Shown in pieces: positions 39,470-50,252 of a stretch of DNA of 64,000 nt; position 1 is the first letter of the stretch; each line of letters begins with the position of its first letter. The stretch is taken from NCBI GenBank assembly GCA_000091205.1, contig AP006501.2, one strand, 5' to 3'. Origin of the DNA: Cyanidioschyzon merolae. Taxonomy: Eukaryota. The translations under genes and the position numbers were made by a program. The notes under the pieces were generated by a model. The model ran no database searches, had not been told where the DNA came from, and worked only from the letters and a program-made list of their open reading frames with translations.

Positions 39470-39940
39470 AAGCGCACTGTGCCCGTGTACGCATCCGCTT
39501 CGCTGGACCTGCTGCCTAGAAGGTAGCATGTGAGTTTGTTCGCCACTCATGAGCGCTGAGACTCGGTTAGCGGACCATCAGTTGCCAGTGCTACACTCAA
39601 AGTGATTGTCCGGCCTTCGCCTATCACGGTGATGCCCAGCTGCTGGTGTCCTTCAAGCAGCTCGCTGCGCTCCTGCTTCCAGCGCGGGCACTGTAAGCCT
39701 AACTATGTCAGCGTGTCGGGGATCTCGTTTCCACAGCAGGGACAGTGTGATTCCCAGAGTGATTCCAGTGTTCCTATGCGGCTTAGAGCCGGTGCTGCTA
39801 GTCAGAAGCCACCAACGCGGATTTTCGCGAGCCACTGAGTACCTCGAGCAAGTCCCGGGAATTCCAGCGCCTCCCACCAGTACTTGCATGTGTATGCGAG
39901 GTTGTAGTTCCGGTATAGAGTCAAGCCAGCGTCTCGACGC
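39470..39940. repeat. Dispersed repeat family R2, copy b (~470 bp), direct orientation relative to copy a
   Basis: See copy a. Also 'cgcttcgctggacctgctgcctagaaggtagcatgtgagtttgttcgccactcatgagcgctgagactcggttagcggacc' versus 34431 'cgtttcgctggactccgcacctaaaaggcagaatatgagtttggtggccaccagcgagcgttgcgactcggttggagaccc'. Confidence 0.8.
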
Positions 39941-40552
39941 TTGCGCTTATCCGCGTCTGCTGTAGACCACGGATGCGATTTCTGGACACAAAATTATGGC
40001 TTGGAGGCAAGTGCTCTAGCTTTGGACATGGCTATGTACGCACAGACGCCGCCCCTTGTCATGAATTGCAGGATTCTTTGTGTTCCGGGTAAGCGCGATC
40101 CTCACCATAACGTACCGGTCACTCCACTCCCGGGTTCAGCGGTATCTGCAATGACGCGGATACCGGGACAGCACGCTGCACAACAATGCGACGCATCGCT
40201 GTTGGTATCTGTCGACAGCCAGTGCTGCGCATGCACTACTTGTATGAGCGCTCGCAAAATGAAAGCCACCCCCTGCGTCAGCCGGATACGGCCACGGGAT
40301 GTACTGTTTAGGAAAAGAGGTCGTTCGTATCCGGTTATGGTTCTCCATCCGATCTGGGTCGCGATCGCAGCTTCCAGAATTCCGCGCCCTACAAAGCTAT
40401 GATGTCCTGGAATCGCTGGAATGAATTTCGTCAATTGGCTCCACAGCACAAAACCAATCGTTTTTTTCAGCATCCCGCAGCACGATCGAACCATTCGAAG
40501 ATACCGTACAGATACACCTGTCTGGTGCCGAACGTGTCCGAGACGTTACGCC

Positions 40553-41284
40553 TCAGACCAGTGCGTAGAGTACTGTGAGGTTTTCGAGTGCGGCCCTCAT
40601 GCCTGGCGGGATCGACTCATGATGCGAGACGTCAGAATACGTCCATACCGAACTCAGCACTGACAGCGTGATCAGCAGCGCGACCCAGAAGCGCCAATCA
40701 CGAGAAACCTCTCTCCAGGTAGGTGTTCTCGCTCTAAACTGCGACCATAGTTGGCGCACTCGGGCAGAGCTGCGTGTCCAGACGGTTGGCGCCGGCCGTT
40801 CCCGGGGCAGCTGGCTCCAGTCGATTTTTCCCTCACTCACGAACGCCTTCCATTCTTCGTTCCAGTCGATCAAGCTTTTTGGTACTTGATGTTGTGGATT
40901 GCGCTGTGGTATGCTTCCGCCGGTATTGCCGGTTTTATCGGCAGGCGCACCGCCTGCGTTCGAGTTGTCCTCGGACTCGTGCCGCGCTCTATCCGGCTGT
41001 CCAGCCAGGCACGTGAGCAGTCGTCTTCGTTCTTGCACACCGTGACAGGCGACTCTGCGGGGCAACGCAAAGCGTGCTCCAGACGTTGAGCGAGTAGCGC
41101 TGCGGTTGCGGGCCCGCTGCGCCAGCGCAGGCGCTGGTGGTGAAGGGCGCGCGACCAGGAACCGCACGCTCGAGCTCGCTCCCGTCGTAAACGCAACCGA
41201 GCGCTCCGGGTTCCGCGAACACTCCTGCCCAAACGTTACCTCTTGACCCTGAGTACTCATCCGCCGAAACGTGTGCAACTTCAT
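40553..41284 (-). CDS. Hypothetical protein with C-terminal transmembrane segment
   Basis: 243-aa ORF with ATG at 41282-41284. A hydrophobic stretch 'FWVALLITLSVLSSVW' lies near the C-terminus. No family recognised. Confidence 0.3.
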   Translation of the reverse strand: MKLHTFRRMSTQGQEVTFGQECSRNPERSVAFTTGASSSVRFLVARPSPPAPALAQRARNRSATRSTSGARFALPRRVACHGVQERRRLLTCLAGQPDRARHESEDNSNAGGAPADKTGNTGGSIPQRNPQHQVPKSLIDWNEEWKAFVSEGKIDWSQLPRERPAPTVWTRSSARVRQLWSQFRARTPTWREVSRDWRFWVALLITLSVLSSVWTYSDVSHHESIPPGMRAALENLTVLYALV

Positions 41285-42429
41285 CGATAAGCAGTTGCTG
41301 CGTGCGATCGCTGCAACGCTACACCAACGTACAGAGGTGAACGTCTATCATAGAATCTGACGCTACACACCAGTGCAGAGACTGATGCGTCCCAGGCGTT
41401 CGCGCGTTCGATCTCGAAAACGATGACTGTTATGTGCTGTTATATCCGTAGATGTCCAGCCAAAATTTTTTCAACTCGAGACTGCTCCACCCATTCTGTG
41501 GTGGATGGCAGGCGATCGACTCCACAATGCAATGTATCGTACAGATCATAGACGAAATCTCTCTAGGATGTATTCTGTGCGAAACTGTGCAAGGAGGACT
41601 GTATTTCTTGTTCAGGTGAGTCATATCATAGTGCTTAGATGGTTGAGGATTACTGAAAGGCACATGTAGATGCGCTTTGCGCAAAAAATATTATGAAAGA
41701 CTGCTCATCGTCAATGATAGAAAACGAACCGTTGATCAGCATATGGAAAGTAAAACCAACGATCGTAGACACAGCAAGTGTCTCTGTTTCTCAACAGCTT
41801 GTTCACGTGGTACTCAAAACACTGGGGTACAGTCACAACAAAGTCCGCGTTCACGCACGACTCTCTTCCACAGAAATCGCAGCGACAGCGTTCCTGAAAC
41901 GTCGCGATCGCTATGATACAGAGAAACGTCGGTTATTTTTTTCAGTGTATGAGACTTGCTTCAGAGGATACGGTCGGAACGTCCATGGGTATTTGCAGAG
42001 AGGGAGCCCGTTGTGTCTATGACCGAACTCGAAGAGATACAGGTTATCATCTTCTATTCTAGCAGCAGTGGATCCATTTGGTGGCCTCAGTTTCGCTTGT
42101 AAAGAAGTCTCGTAGAACAGCAGCAATGCTGTCGACTCGTTAAAGACTTTTCCCCGGACCTCTGGCGACGTTCTTCTACTGTACAACGTAGAATTTCAGC
42201 ATTCACTTTGCGTTTGGGCTTTTCCGGATTCTATCGGGGTGCAGCTGCTTTTCACTCTTCCGTCCTCTCCGAGATTCAACGCTATAAAGAGGAGTGGTTT
42301 CTATGGTGAAACGCGTTGATCGGTCCATTGTACGAATCGCCGAGGCGTTCAGGACACGGTGACGCCAGGGCACATTTTGTCTGTCTGCCGCGAGTGCCTC
42401 TCCCGCTGCGAAATTCCTCACCCGAGTGC

Positions 42430-42970
42430 TTAAAGAGGTGCATTCATTTTCAAAAATAAAAATCCAAGAGAAGGCTATACACATGCAAACTGGGTATTCA
42501 GGAGTGCCATCATCACTGGATTTGACGAAGAAAACAGTAAACAAGGCCAATCCCAGAGGAACAGGAGAAGACCAAGAAGCACAAGCCGGAGGCCTGACGT
42601 CAATGGCCGCAAGAAGGACCACAGTACAACGAGATCGTAGTGAAAACCTGTCTTTTCGGGTATTTCGAGGATCCGTGCAAACAAAAGTTGCGAAATGGCC
42701 ATCAGAAACCGTGTCGAGTCGTGCGCCATGAGTTTTATGGACGCCTCTTCAGGCCGAATGCATTTGGTTAAGGTCATGCAACGCGACGTGACGGGCATCA
42801 AAATGGGCGAGGTTCCAGTGGAGTCTCTCGACCAGATCTTCATTCGCCACTTGATGTTTCGCACAGGGCAAACGTCGAGGAGAAATGAACGAGTGCATGC
42901 CATTCACGAAAATGACGCCGAATATCGCTTCGACGGTGCTCGACACAAGCTTGACTCGTGTATTTAAGAA
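42430..42970 (+). pseudogene. Degenerate TnpB/Fanzor-like remnant, copy 2 (frameshifted), inside an AT-richer island
   Basis: Nucleotide homology to copy 1: 'cattcattttcaaaaataaaaatccaag' versus 'cattcttttccaaaaacaaaaaatccaag', and 'gccatcatcactggatttgacgaagaaaacagtaaacaagg' versus 'gccatcatcgtcgaattcgacgaagaataaccgaagaag'. At the peptide level 'GRMHLVKVMQRDVTGIKMG' parallels copy 1 'NKRMVLVNRDFNAVINIRR'. The reading frame is split across ORFs 42426..42731 and 42695..42967. Confidence 0.35.
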
Positions 42971-44728
42971 TACGGGGCGATCAAGTACCTCATGAACCCG
43001 AAGAACCATTTGACTATGACCCTTGAACGCATCATCATACGCTTCATGTTTGCACTCTACCCGGGCCACTCTCGCATCGGGACATGGGCCATCATCATCG
43101 GCATTACGAACGATCGCCAGCATGAACGGGAGATCGAATTCATCGACAAGAAGACACCGCGCAGGAGAAAGAATGAGGACTCTGTGATCTGTGCCGCTAT
43201 TCAAGAGCACCGTGCGGTCTTGGGGCTGGTCAATCCAGCAGAATAGGTATCCGATATGAAAAAGAAAGATGTTATCCTCTCATCCTGCGTTATTTCGTGT
43301 TTCTGAGTCGAGAACTCGAATGCAAAGCCGAAATATAGCAGAGTGTGGGAAAAATAGTGACGGGGAAACGGAAGGCTGCGCTTCTGGGGAAACGCTTCAA
43401 CGTGGTTCCAATGTGCAACATCAAGTCACATATCGTGACTATCTACTCCAGAGTCCTGCACGGCATCATGAGGCAGCTCTACCCGGAGTTCAATCGACGG
43501 AAGATAGAGCTCACCGGTGAAAACCGGGAGACTCATTGGAAGAGTATCTTCGATTGCAAACGTCTGAAAACGAGCAAGAAAAAGGTATTCGCGGGCAGGA
43601 TCGAGACCGATGGGGTCTCCATACGTGTACACTACCAGCGGTTGAAGGCGGGTCGTCCTATTGTGTCCACGGCTTCGCCGTGGCGAACCATGAAGATGAG
43701 AAGGAGGTGGATCCTGCGACGCAGTGACCTATCCCTGGATAGGTCACTGCGTCACTATCAACCCGAAGCACAAACCGAACACGAATATCCATGCACACAG
43801 ACGTCGCCAACGTTGCATTCTAACAGCAAGCATCCGAAGCGCAACCTCTTCATCATCATCGTAACACCCCGCGGTGTCTCGATTCGACACAGACCAGGCG
43901 TCGTTTTCATACTGGCGGTTGAGCGCAGCGACAGAGGCTTTTATGTTGCGTGCGAGACGCACCGAGGCCCGCAGCACCCATCCCCAGGGCGTGTACTGCA
44001 AAGCGAACTGTAAACCGCGCTGCGAGGCATCCGATGCGAAGCACCCGAACACAGGCCCCCGGCACCTGAGCACCCTGGAATCCGCTCAAATATGTCCAGT
44101 TCGAATCGGTACCTCTGGGTGCGCTCGCACCGACACCATGTACCCGTTGGGCAGCAGGATCCCCGCAGACACTCGTTTACGACCAGTATCTACGATAAAC
44201 GCGCCATCGACGAAAAAAAGCAGTTTCAGAGATACAGTGTGTTCCGCTGTTGAACGTTGCAGCGACAAGCAGGATGCACAGTGCGGAGATAGCGCGGATG
44301 CCTCGTCGTCATCGTCGTCGTCGCCGTCGCCGTTACCTGCCCTATGCAGACAACAACAAGCACCGTACAACATCGAGACTCGCACACACCAGCGAGCGGT
44401 GTGTCTTCTGGTTTCACACACCCATACGCGCGCTGTGCTGCACGGTCATCGCCTTCGCGCCGTTCGCCAGGGACCCCAGACAAGCCGCGGTTGCTGCGGG
44501 AGCGCTCCCGTGTCCGCTGCAGTGGGTCAGCGTCCGCCAATCGTCCCGCAAGCATCCGCTTTTGGCGGTTTTTTCGATGCTCCCCTGCTGTCCGTTTAAG
44601 CAGGGGCCTCCAATGCATCATCCATTCCACCCAGTTACACTCTTTTCGTGAAAACGAGGTGTTCTTCATTATACCTGCATCCAGGGCACGTGCAACGGCC
44701 GCTCGACACCTTGTAGCTACGCAGATAC

Positions 44729-46876
44729 CTATGACACAAACTGACGGCGATCTTGTTCGTCACGCTTCCCATGCGGGTTGCTCGCCCGAAATCGTTGCCC
44801 TGAAGCAAGCCGTTTCCGAATGAGGTCTTTCAGGCGATCGCGATTCTTCCACTCATCTCCAAATCCGCCACCGCCTCCGCGTCGTCGAATTTTCTTCGCT
44901 CTCTCGAGGACGTCGAGACAGATGCGCGGCGGTGCACTGAAGCCGAAGCTTTTCGCCACCGCCGCAATGTCGAGCTCGTGCACATTGAATACATCTTTCA
45001 TGGAGTGACTCGCATACGCTTGGAGGTAGGAACGGAATCCGTCCCGCGCAGATTTCTGAAGATAGTAATTGCCTTCAACTAATTTTTCCAGCTGGGTCTG
45101 AATATCAGCAAGTTTCTCTTTGGGAAACTCGTACTCGTTCAGAGGCACTTTGGCATCGCGCAGATGCTGCAGAAACCCGACTTCCGATGGCAACAGAAAG
45201 AGAATCGCCCGTCCGCGACCATGAACGCCTCGAGCGGTGCGCCCCACCCGGTGGATGTACTCTTTCGGCTCGTCCGGTGGGTCGTACTGCACAATCCAGT
45301 CGACGGCGGGAATATCGAGACCACGCGCAGCTACGTCCGTGCATAAGAGTGTGGCGTGCTCACGCCGAGCGAACTCGAAGAACGTCGATGTTCGCTTGCT
45401 CTGTTTCTGTTTCCCGTGCAGATCCAGAACAGGGACGTCTATATAGTTCAAAAGCTCGGCATAGAATTTCACTCCGTTGCAGGAAGACATGAAGACGATG
45501 ATCTTCTTGCGCTGATTGCGCTTCAAGAACGTGAACAGCAAGCGGAAACGCTGCTCGCTGGGCACAATCGTGAAGCCCTGCTGCAGGCCCTCAACGGTGG
45601 CAACAGGCTGTTCTGCGTCGATACCCAGATGAAGCGGTTTCTGCTGAAAACTTACTTTGGCCAGATCCTCCACTTTGGTTGTTTGAGTTGCGGAAAAGAG
45701 CATTGTCTGCCGGGTCTTTGGCAGTATTCGCAGAATTTCATGCATCTCCTCTTCAAATCCGATTTCCAAGCAGCGATCCGCTTCATCAATCACGAGAAAG
45801 CGAAGGTGCTCAAAAACAAAGCCCCGTGTGGACTGTAGATGGTCCAGCAAACGCCCAGGCGTCGCAACGAGAATATTTGTACCGTTGATGAGCTTTTCAG
45901 CTTCGGTTCGGCGGTTTGCACCACCCATGACGATCGCTCGGGTCTGGTGATGATGTGAAGCAAGATCGTGAAGCACCCCAAAGATCTGCATCGCCAGCTC
46001 GCGGGTAGGCGCGATGATGATCGCACCAGTGCCATTACGCGGCATCCACTTGGCCTTGTACAGCAATTCAACAATGGGGATCAGAAATGCGAGCGTCTTA
46101 CCGGAACCTGTTCGCGCAGAAGCGAGAATATCTCGACCAGACAGCGCTAGCGGGATCGCTCGCGCCTGAATCTCTGTCATCCTTGCGAAACCCATTTCCT
46201 CAATGCCTCGTAGCGTCGGCTCGGATAGCGGCAGTGAATCGAAACGATGAGGTGTCAGAAGGCCTGAACTCGGTTTCGGTTGCTCCTGTTCCGAGGCGTG
46301 CTCCGACGATAAGCTCTGTAACGCAGGAGACGACTTCTGTGTCACCTCTGGGCAGGGTCTGGCCAGAGGCTCCATCTCGTGCACTGTTGCTCGCGAGGAT
46401 GCAACCTCTTCATCTGCGGGCGTTCTTGCTGCAGCGTTCTGAAGCTCGGTTTCCATCACCGGAGCTGGCGTCCGCAACTCTGCACGTTGTAACTCACATA
46501 TCGAAACCCCCGCGTCTTCATTCGGGTTCCCAGCAGCTGCGTTGGTTGACGCGGAGGCCGACTTCACCGACTCGGAGCAGCGTTCGCGCTTGGCGTGCAA
46601 CTGATCGGTGAAAGTCGCAGCCTGCGTGCGCGTTCTGGATGAACCGTAAGCGCCAGCGTTCCTCGCGACGACTTGTGCCGCACCAGAAGCAGGCCTGCTC
46701 GCGGTGCTCGTCAAGCGCTCCGTCGCGCTAACAGAAGATACGTCAGCGTCGCGAGCGAGCAAGTCGCTGTGACAAGCACGAGGGCGCTCTCGCGCCGATC
46801 GCTTCCGGCTCGCGACTACGTCCGCCTGCTGCTTCCGTTTGCTGTTCTCGCTTGCGTGCCGGATCCGACTTTTCAT
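44729..46876 (-). CDS. DDX18: DEAD-box ATP-dependent RNA helicase, DDX18/Has1 subfamily (ribosome biogenesis)
   Basis: Q-motif/motif I '[35 protein letters not shown]', Ia 'APTRELAMQ', 'TPGRLLDHL', DEAD box '[17 protein letters not shown]', SAT 'LFSATQT', 'ARGLDIP', '[11 protein letters not shown]'. It is collinear with Has1. The ORF-track start at 46960 is GTG; the first ATG is at 46874-46876. Confidence 0.9.
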   Translation of the reverse strand: MKSRIRHASENSKRKQQADVVASRKRSARERPRACHSDLLARDADVSSVSATERLTSTASRPASGAAQVVARNAGAYGSSRTRTQAATFTDQLHAKRERCSESVKSASASTNAAAGNPNEDAGVSICELQRAELRTPAPVMETELQNAAARTPADEEVASSRATVHEMEPLARPCPEVTQKSSPALQSLSSEHASEQEQPKPSSGLLTPHRFDSLPLSEPTLRGIEEMGFARMTEIQARAIPLALSGRDILASARTGSGKTLAFLIPIVELLYKAKWMPRNGTGAIIIAPTRELAMQIFGVLHDLASHHHQTRAIVMGGANRRTEAEKLINGTNILVATPGRLLDHLQSTRGFVFEHLRFLVIDEADRCLEIGFEEEMHEILRILPKTRQTMLFSATQTTKVEDLAKVSFQQKPLHLGIDAEQPVATVEGLQQGFTIVPSEQRFRLLFTFLKRNQRKKIIVFMSSCNGVKFYAELLNYIDVPVLDLHGKQKQSKRTSTFFEFARREHATLLCTDVAARGLDIPAVDWIVQYDPPDEPKEYIHRVGRTARGVHGRGRAILFLLPSEVGFLQHLRDAKVPLNEYEFPKEKLADIQTQLEKLVEGNYYLQKSARDGFRSYLQAYASHSMKDVFNVHELDIAAVAKSFGFSAPPRICLDVLERAKKIRRRGGGGGFGDEWKNRDRLKDLIRKRLASGQRFRASNPHGKRDEQDRRQFVS

Positions 46877-47171
46877 ACCTATAGAGGAGCGATCCTCCGG
46901 TTCGCTGCTGAGTTCTGTCGATAGATCCACAAAAGAGGTTGACTCCGAAGGCGCACACACTCCACACTACACCGCAAGCTCGCTACGAAACGTGCAGTAC
47001 CGTTGCCTTGGACAACAATGCTCGTATGCAACGAACAAAAGAACACCTGGATACCCACGACGCTGCTCGATCTCGTGAAATGAAACACGCCTTGTTGGCA
47101 CTTCGTGAACGTGTACCCCAGGAACTAGGCCTATCGCTCGACTTGTTGTACCAGGTGTGTAGACGCACTGC

Positions 47172-47240
47172 GCCAGCAGCAGCGGCAGCAGCAGTCGGCG
47201 CTCCTGGCAGATGATGCAGCGCGTCCGATCGTGGCATAAC

Positions 47241-47273
<33 letters not shown>

Positions 47274-47275
47274 GT
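47172..47275. repeat. (CAG/GCA)n trinucleotide repeat tracts in the bidirectional promoter region between the DDX18 and uL22 genes
   Basis: 'cagcagcagcggcagcagcagtcggcg' and 'gcagcagcagcagcagcagcagcagcagcagcagcgg'. Confidence 0.9.
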
Positions 47276-47395
47276 ACAGGTCGTACTCGTGTTTGTACTA
47301 GTCGTGTGTTACCAGGGTAGGCCACACCCAAGACGCTGTGGGGTAGGTACACTTGCACTGCAGTTCGAGGTATGGTAAACAGGAGCTAGGTCACA

Positions 47396-48142
47396 ATGCT
47401 GGCGTGCTTTCGCTGTCTGGTATGGTTTCGAGTTTGTTCTGCGTCTGGCGTACTGCGGCGAACGCTGCGTCAGCGCTTTTGCGCAACAACGTCCGGTACG
47501 ATCGGCAGTAGTAGTAGTGCTGGTCAAGTGACAACGGAGCCAGCTGCGTCCACCAATGTCCAACGCTCTGGGTCTAGTCAAATCGAGGGAACGCAGCAGA
47601 CAGCTCCGCGAACTGCATCTGCAGTTGCGCGTCAAGTGAAGATATCCCATCGCAAACTGAACGTCGTCTGCAGCTTGGTCCGTCGACTCTCGGTATCCGA
47701 GGCGGAGCGACAGTTGGCGGTTTGTAGGAAGAAGGGTGCGCGAATCCTCCTCAAGCTGCTGCACCAGGCAATGGCGAACGCGCGGAACAACCACCAGATG
47801 GACCTGGCTCGCACGTTTGTCCGTGAGAGCTTCGTCGGCAAAGGGCAGTGTTTTAAGATTCTGCGGCCGTGGCACGGGAAAGGCCGATTTGCGTTTCACG
47901 AGAAAAAATACAGCCACGCGACCATCATTCTGGAGGAAGCTAATGCAGCGCAGGACTCTAGTCGATCAAGAGATACCCGGGATACAGGACGGGGATTCAG
48001 TTGGAGCGCTCACCGGAAGGCCGTCAAAGGAGAGCGTCCTCTGCCGCCGCTGCCTGCCGTATGGAATCTGACTGTAGATCCGTCAGGAATCTACCGAAAC
48101 ACGCATCGCGAGCCCGATGATACGAATCAATCCCGTGGATAG
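47396..48142 (+). CDS. Organellar (mitochondrial/plastid-type) ribosomal protein uL22 with N-terminal extension
   Basis: 'ASAVARQVKISHRKLNVVCSLVRRLSVSEAERQLAVCRKKGARILLKLLHQAMANARNNHQMDLARTFVRESFVGKGQCFKILRPWHGKGRFAFHEKKYSHATIILEE' matches the uL22 fold consensus (..SPRK.R....IRG....EA...L........NA..N..........GP...R...RA.GRA..I.K...HIT). ATG at 47396. Confidence 0.78.
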   Translation: MLACFRCLVWFRVCSASGVLRRTLRQRFCATTSGTIGSSSSAGQVTTEPAASTNVQRSGSSQIEGTQQTAPRTASAVARQVKISHRKLNVVCSLVRRLSVSEAERQLAVCRKKGARILLKLLHQAMANARNNHQMDLARTFVRESFVGKGQCFKILRPWHGKGRFAFHEKKYSHATIILEEANAAQDSSRSRDTRDTGRGFSWSAHRKAVKGERPLPPLPAVWNLTVDPSGIYRNTHREPDDTNQSRG

Positions 48143-48394
48143 CGTCCGAGCTAGGCACAACTTGACGCGCACGGTACGGAACAGTGATTGCGTTCCAGGC
48201 TGCAATCAGATGAGGCTGCTCGTTTAGCCACACCTGGCGAAGAATTGGGTTGAGGTTGCTCTGCGGGATCTTTTAACGCTACTTTCAATCCGTGGGCTTC
48301 CTGTATCACGAAACATTACCGACCATCCGCGAAGCGCTGGTCGGCATCGTGTGTGCGAACGATGCGCGACACGCGTATGAGACGAAAATGGAAC

Positions 48395-49450
48395 ACTGAA
48401 TAGCTCGCTCTGTTCCTGCCTTTCAATTTTTTGGCTTTCTTAGATGTGCAGCAATAGGTGCTTATGGATGCATATCTAGTTTAAGGATGCTCGCTGCTCT
48501 ATTCGTAGTGGCGCCGTCCACTCGGTGGCGCTGGAATTCGTTACGTCACCGGAATCAAGATGATTCGCAACGCCTTTGAATGAGGGTTCGTAAAAGTACC
48601 GATATCTTTATACAATGCATACATATGAGACTCCGATACTCAACTTAACTCTCGAGTAGTGTGCTCAGATCGCGCATTCTGCGAGTTTTCGATCTATCTG
48701 TTTCAAGCAACTCGCGGGCGGGGGATTTCGTGCTGCTAGACGGAAGGGGAAATGTGCTCGAGGTTGTCCCTAGACAACATGTTGAAAAACTCCTTCTTAA
48801 GGTTCACTGAACTTGTCACATCAGAAAATCGATTTCATTCGAAAGAGAAAATGTCCTCCGGTCATAGGCCATGAGCGAGACGGCGTTCCATAGCAGCACT
48901 ACGTATATAACAGAATACGCTCGGAGAAGCCCACGGGTCTTCTGTTCTGTACGATAGGGGATGGTGGACTCGGACTTTAGCCACCACAACGATCGCTTGG
49001 AATGGAATGTGCGAAACTGCTATGCACGAGGGCGGCCTAGACGCATCCAAATTAGTCGTCTTGTTCTCTAGCCTGGATATTCCACCGGGTGCTTGTTTCA
49101 TCGAGAACAGCATCACTTGCTACAAATCCCTTATCAAATGGAACAGATTGCGCTTCATCATAGGGTACTAGACTGAATGCGGAAACCAAGCAGAGCATTC
49201 GCGGGTGCCTGCGGTGGTCTTCAAAGGCATCTGGCGAGCAATGAGGGACACGTTTCCGCGGCACGTTCGAGTTCTCGGAGGAGGACGAGGAGGAGGAGGA
49301 CGATGAGGAGGGCATGCGACGAAAACGCGGGAATATATGACAACACCCAGGTGTCATAGCTCTGAAGCGCGTCCCCGAGTTGTCCACAAAGGAGTTTGTA
49401 GATCGCAGCTTCCGCCTATGCATGACATGCGTTGACAACAGCCGGAAGCG
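48395..49450. repeat. Dispersed repeat family R1, copy B
   Basis: See copy A. The minus-strand ORF 49052..49438 starts 'MSTHVMHRRKLRST', paralleling 'SSTHVMHRRWLQST' in the copy-A minus-strand ORF 31252..31641. Confidence 0.7.
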
Positions 49451-50252
49451 ACTTTATCGAGAATTTCACACTGTCATCAGCATCTTGCGACGGATGACTA
49501 CAGAGCTGGGGGTAAACGAGCGAGGGTCGTACTGAAAACCGGAAATGAGCGTGAGGAGATGAAGCCAGTGCGGGGAAAAAATCGCAAATGCTGATGCTGG
49601 TATCAGTGAGAAGAGACCCAGACTTTTACATACGCGCCCGTTTCAACAAAGCGGACCTTTTCATCTCTATACTGACACAGGTTTAGATCCGCGCATATGA
49701 GGCCGCGGAGCAGGTTGCTGACTTTGTTGCTGACTCGTCCACGCTACGGCTTGTGGAGGCAGCATAAACGATCCGCTCTGCGAAACGATCCGCGACGCCA
49801 CCTGTGCGTCTCAGGCACCAAGTAGCAGGTTCACAACACGGTGCCGAGCCCGTGGGGCATCTGCGGCTTGCCACTCGGCCAATGTATGACGCCAACTGTA
49901 CGTTCAACGAGTGATGCCAAACGTATCCGACATCGGATGTCTGCGCACCGGTAGTTCTCTTTGATAGGGCAGCGCAACACGGGTCGCACCAGCGAGCGGA
50001 CGTTCATCCGGTGTACATATGCAAGTGCGCGAATGTGGAGGTTGCAGTTAGAGGCACGTTCATTTCACAAGCCACGGAGCTATGCGCACAGATGGTGTAA
50101 TTCTCCTGGTACAAAAGATACGGACCGGAACTGTCCGTAACATATCCTTCAGATGCATGCAATTACACGACAAACGAAGCGCCGTCATCCGTCGTGATTC
50201 ATCTTCATTCATGCACAAGGTCTTCGCGCTCTTTTCGCGCTTTCGTAGGCGC

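Noticed and set aside
43345-44013. 222-aa ORF with '[16 protein letters not shown]', considered as a Harbinger/PIF DDE transposase ('GAIDGTHIPI') fragment
   Set aside because: The resemblance is limited to a G.I.DG..IR pattern. The downstream conserved residues of DDE_Tnp_4 are absent. It is kept only as part of the AT-rich island of possible mobile-element origin.
44085-44115. tRNA-like box-B match 'cagttcgaatcgg'
   Set aside because: The flanking bases cannot form a T-stem or acceptor stem, and no box A occurs at the appropriate upstream distance. A second near-match, 'gtttcgagtcc' at ~17545, lies inside the Listerin CDS. No tRNA could be supported by eye.
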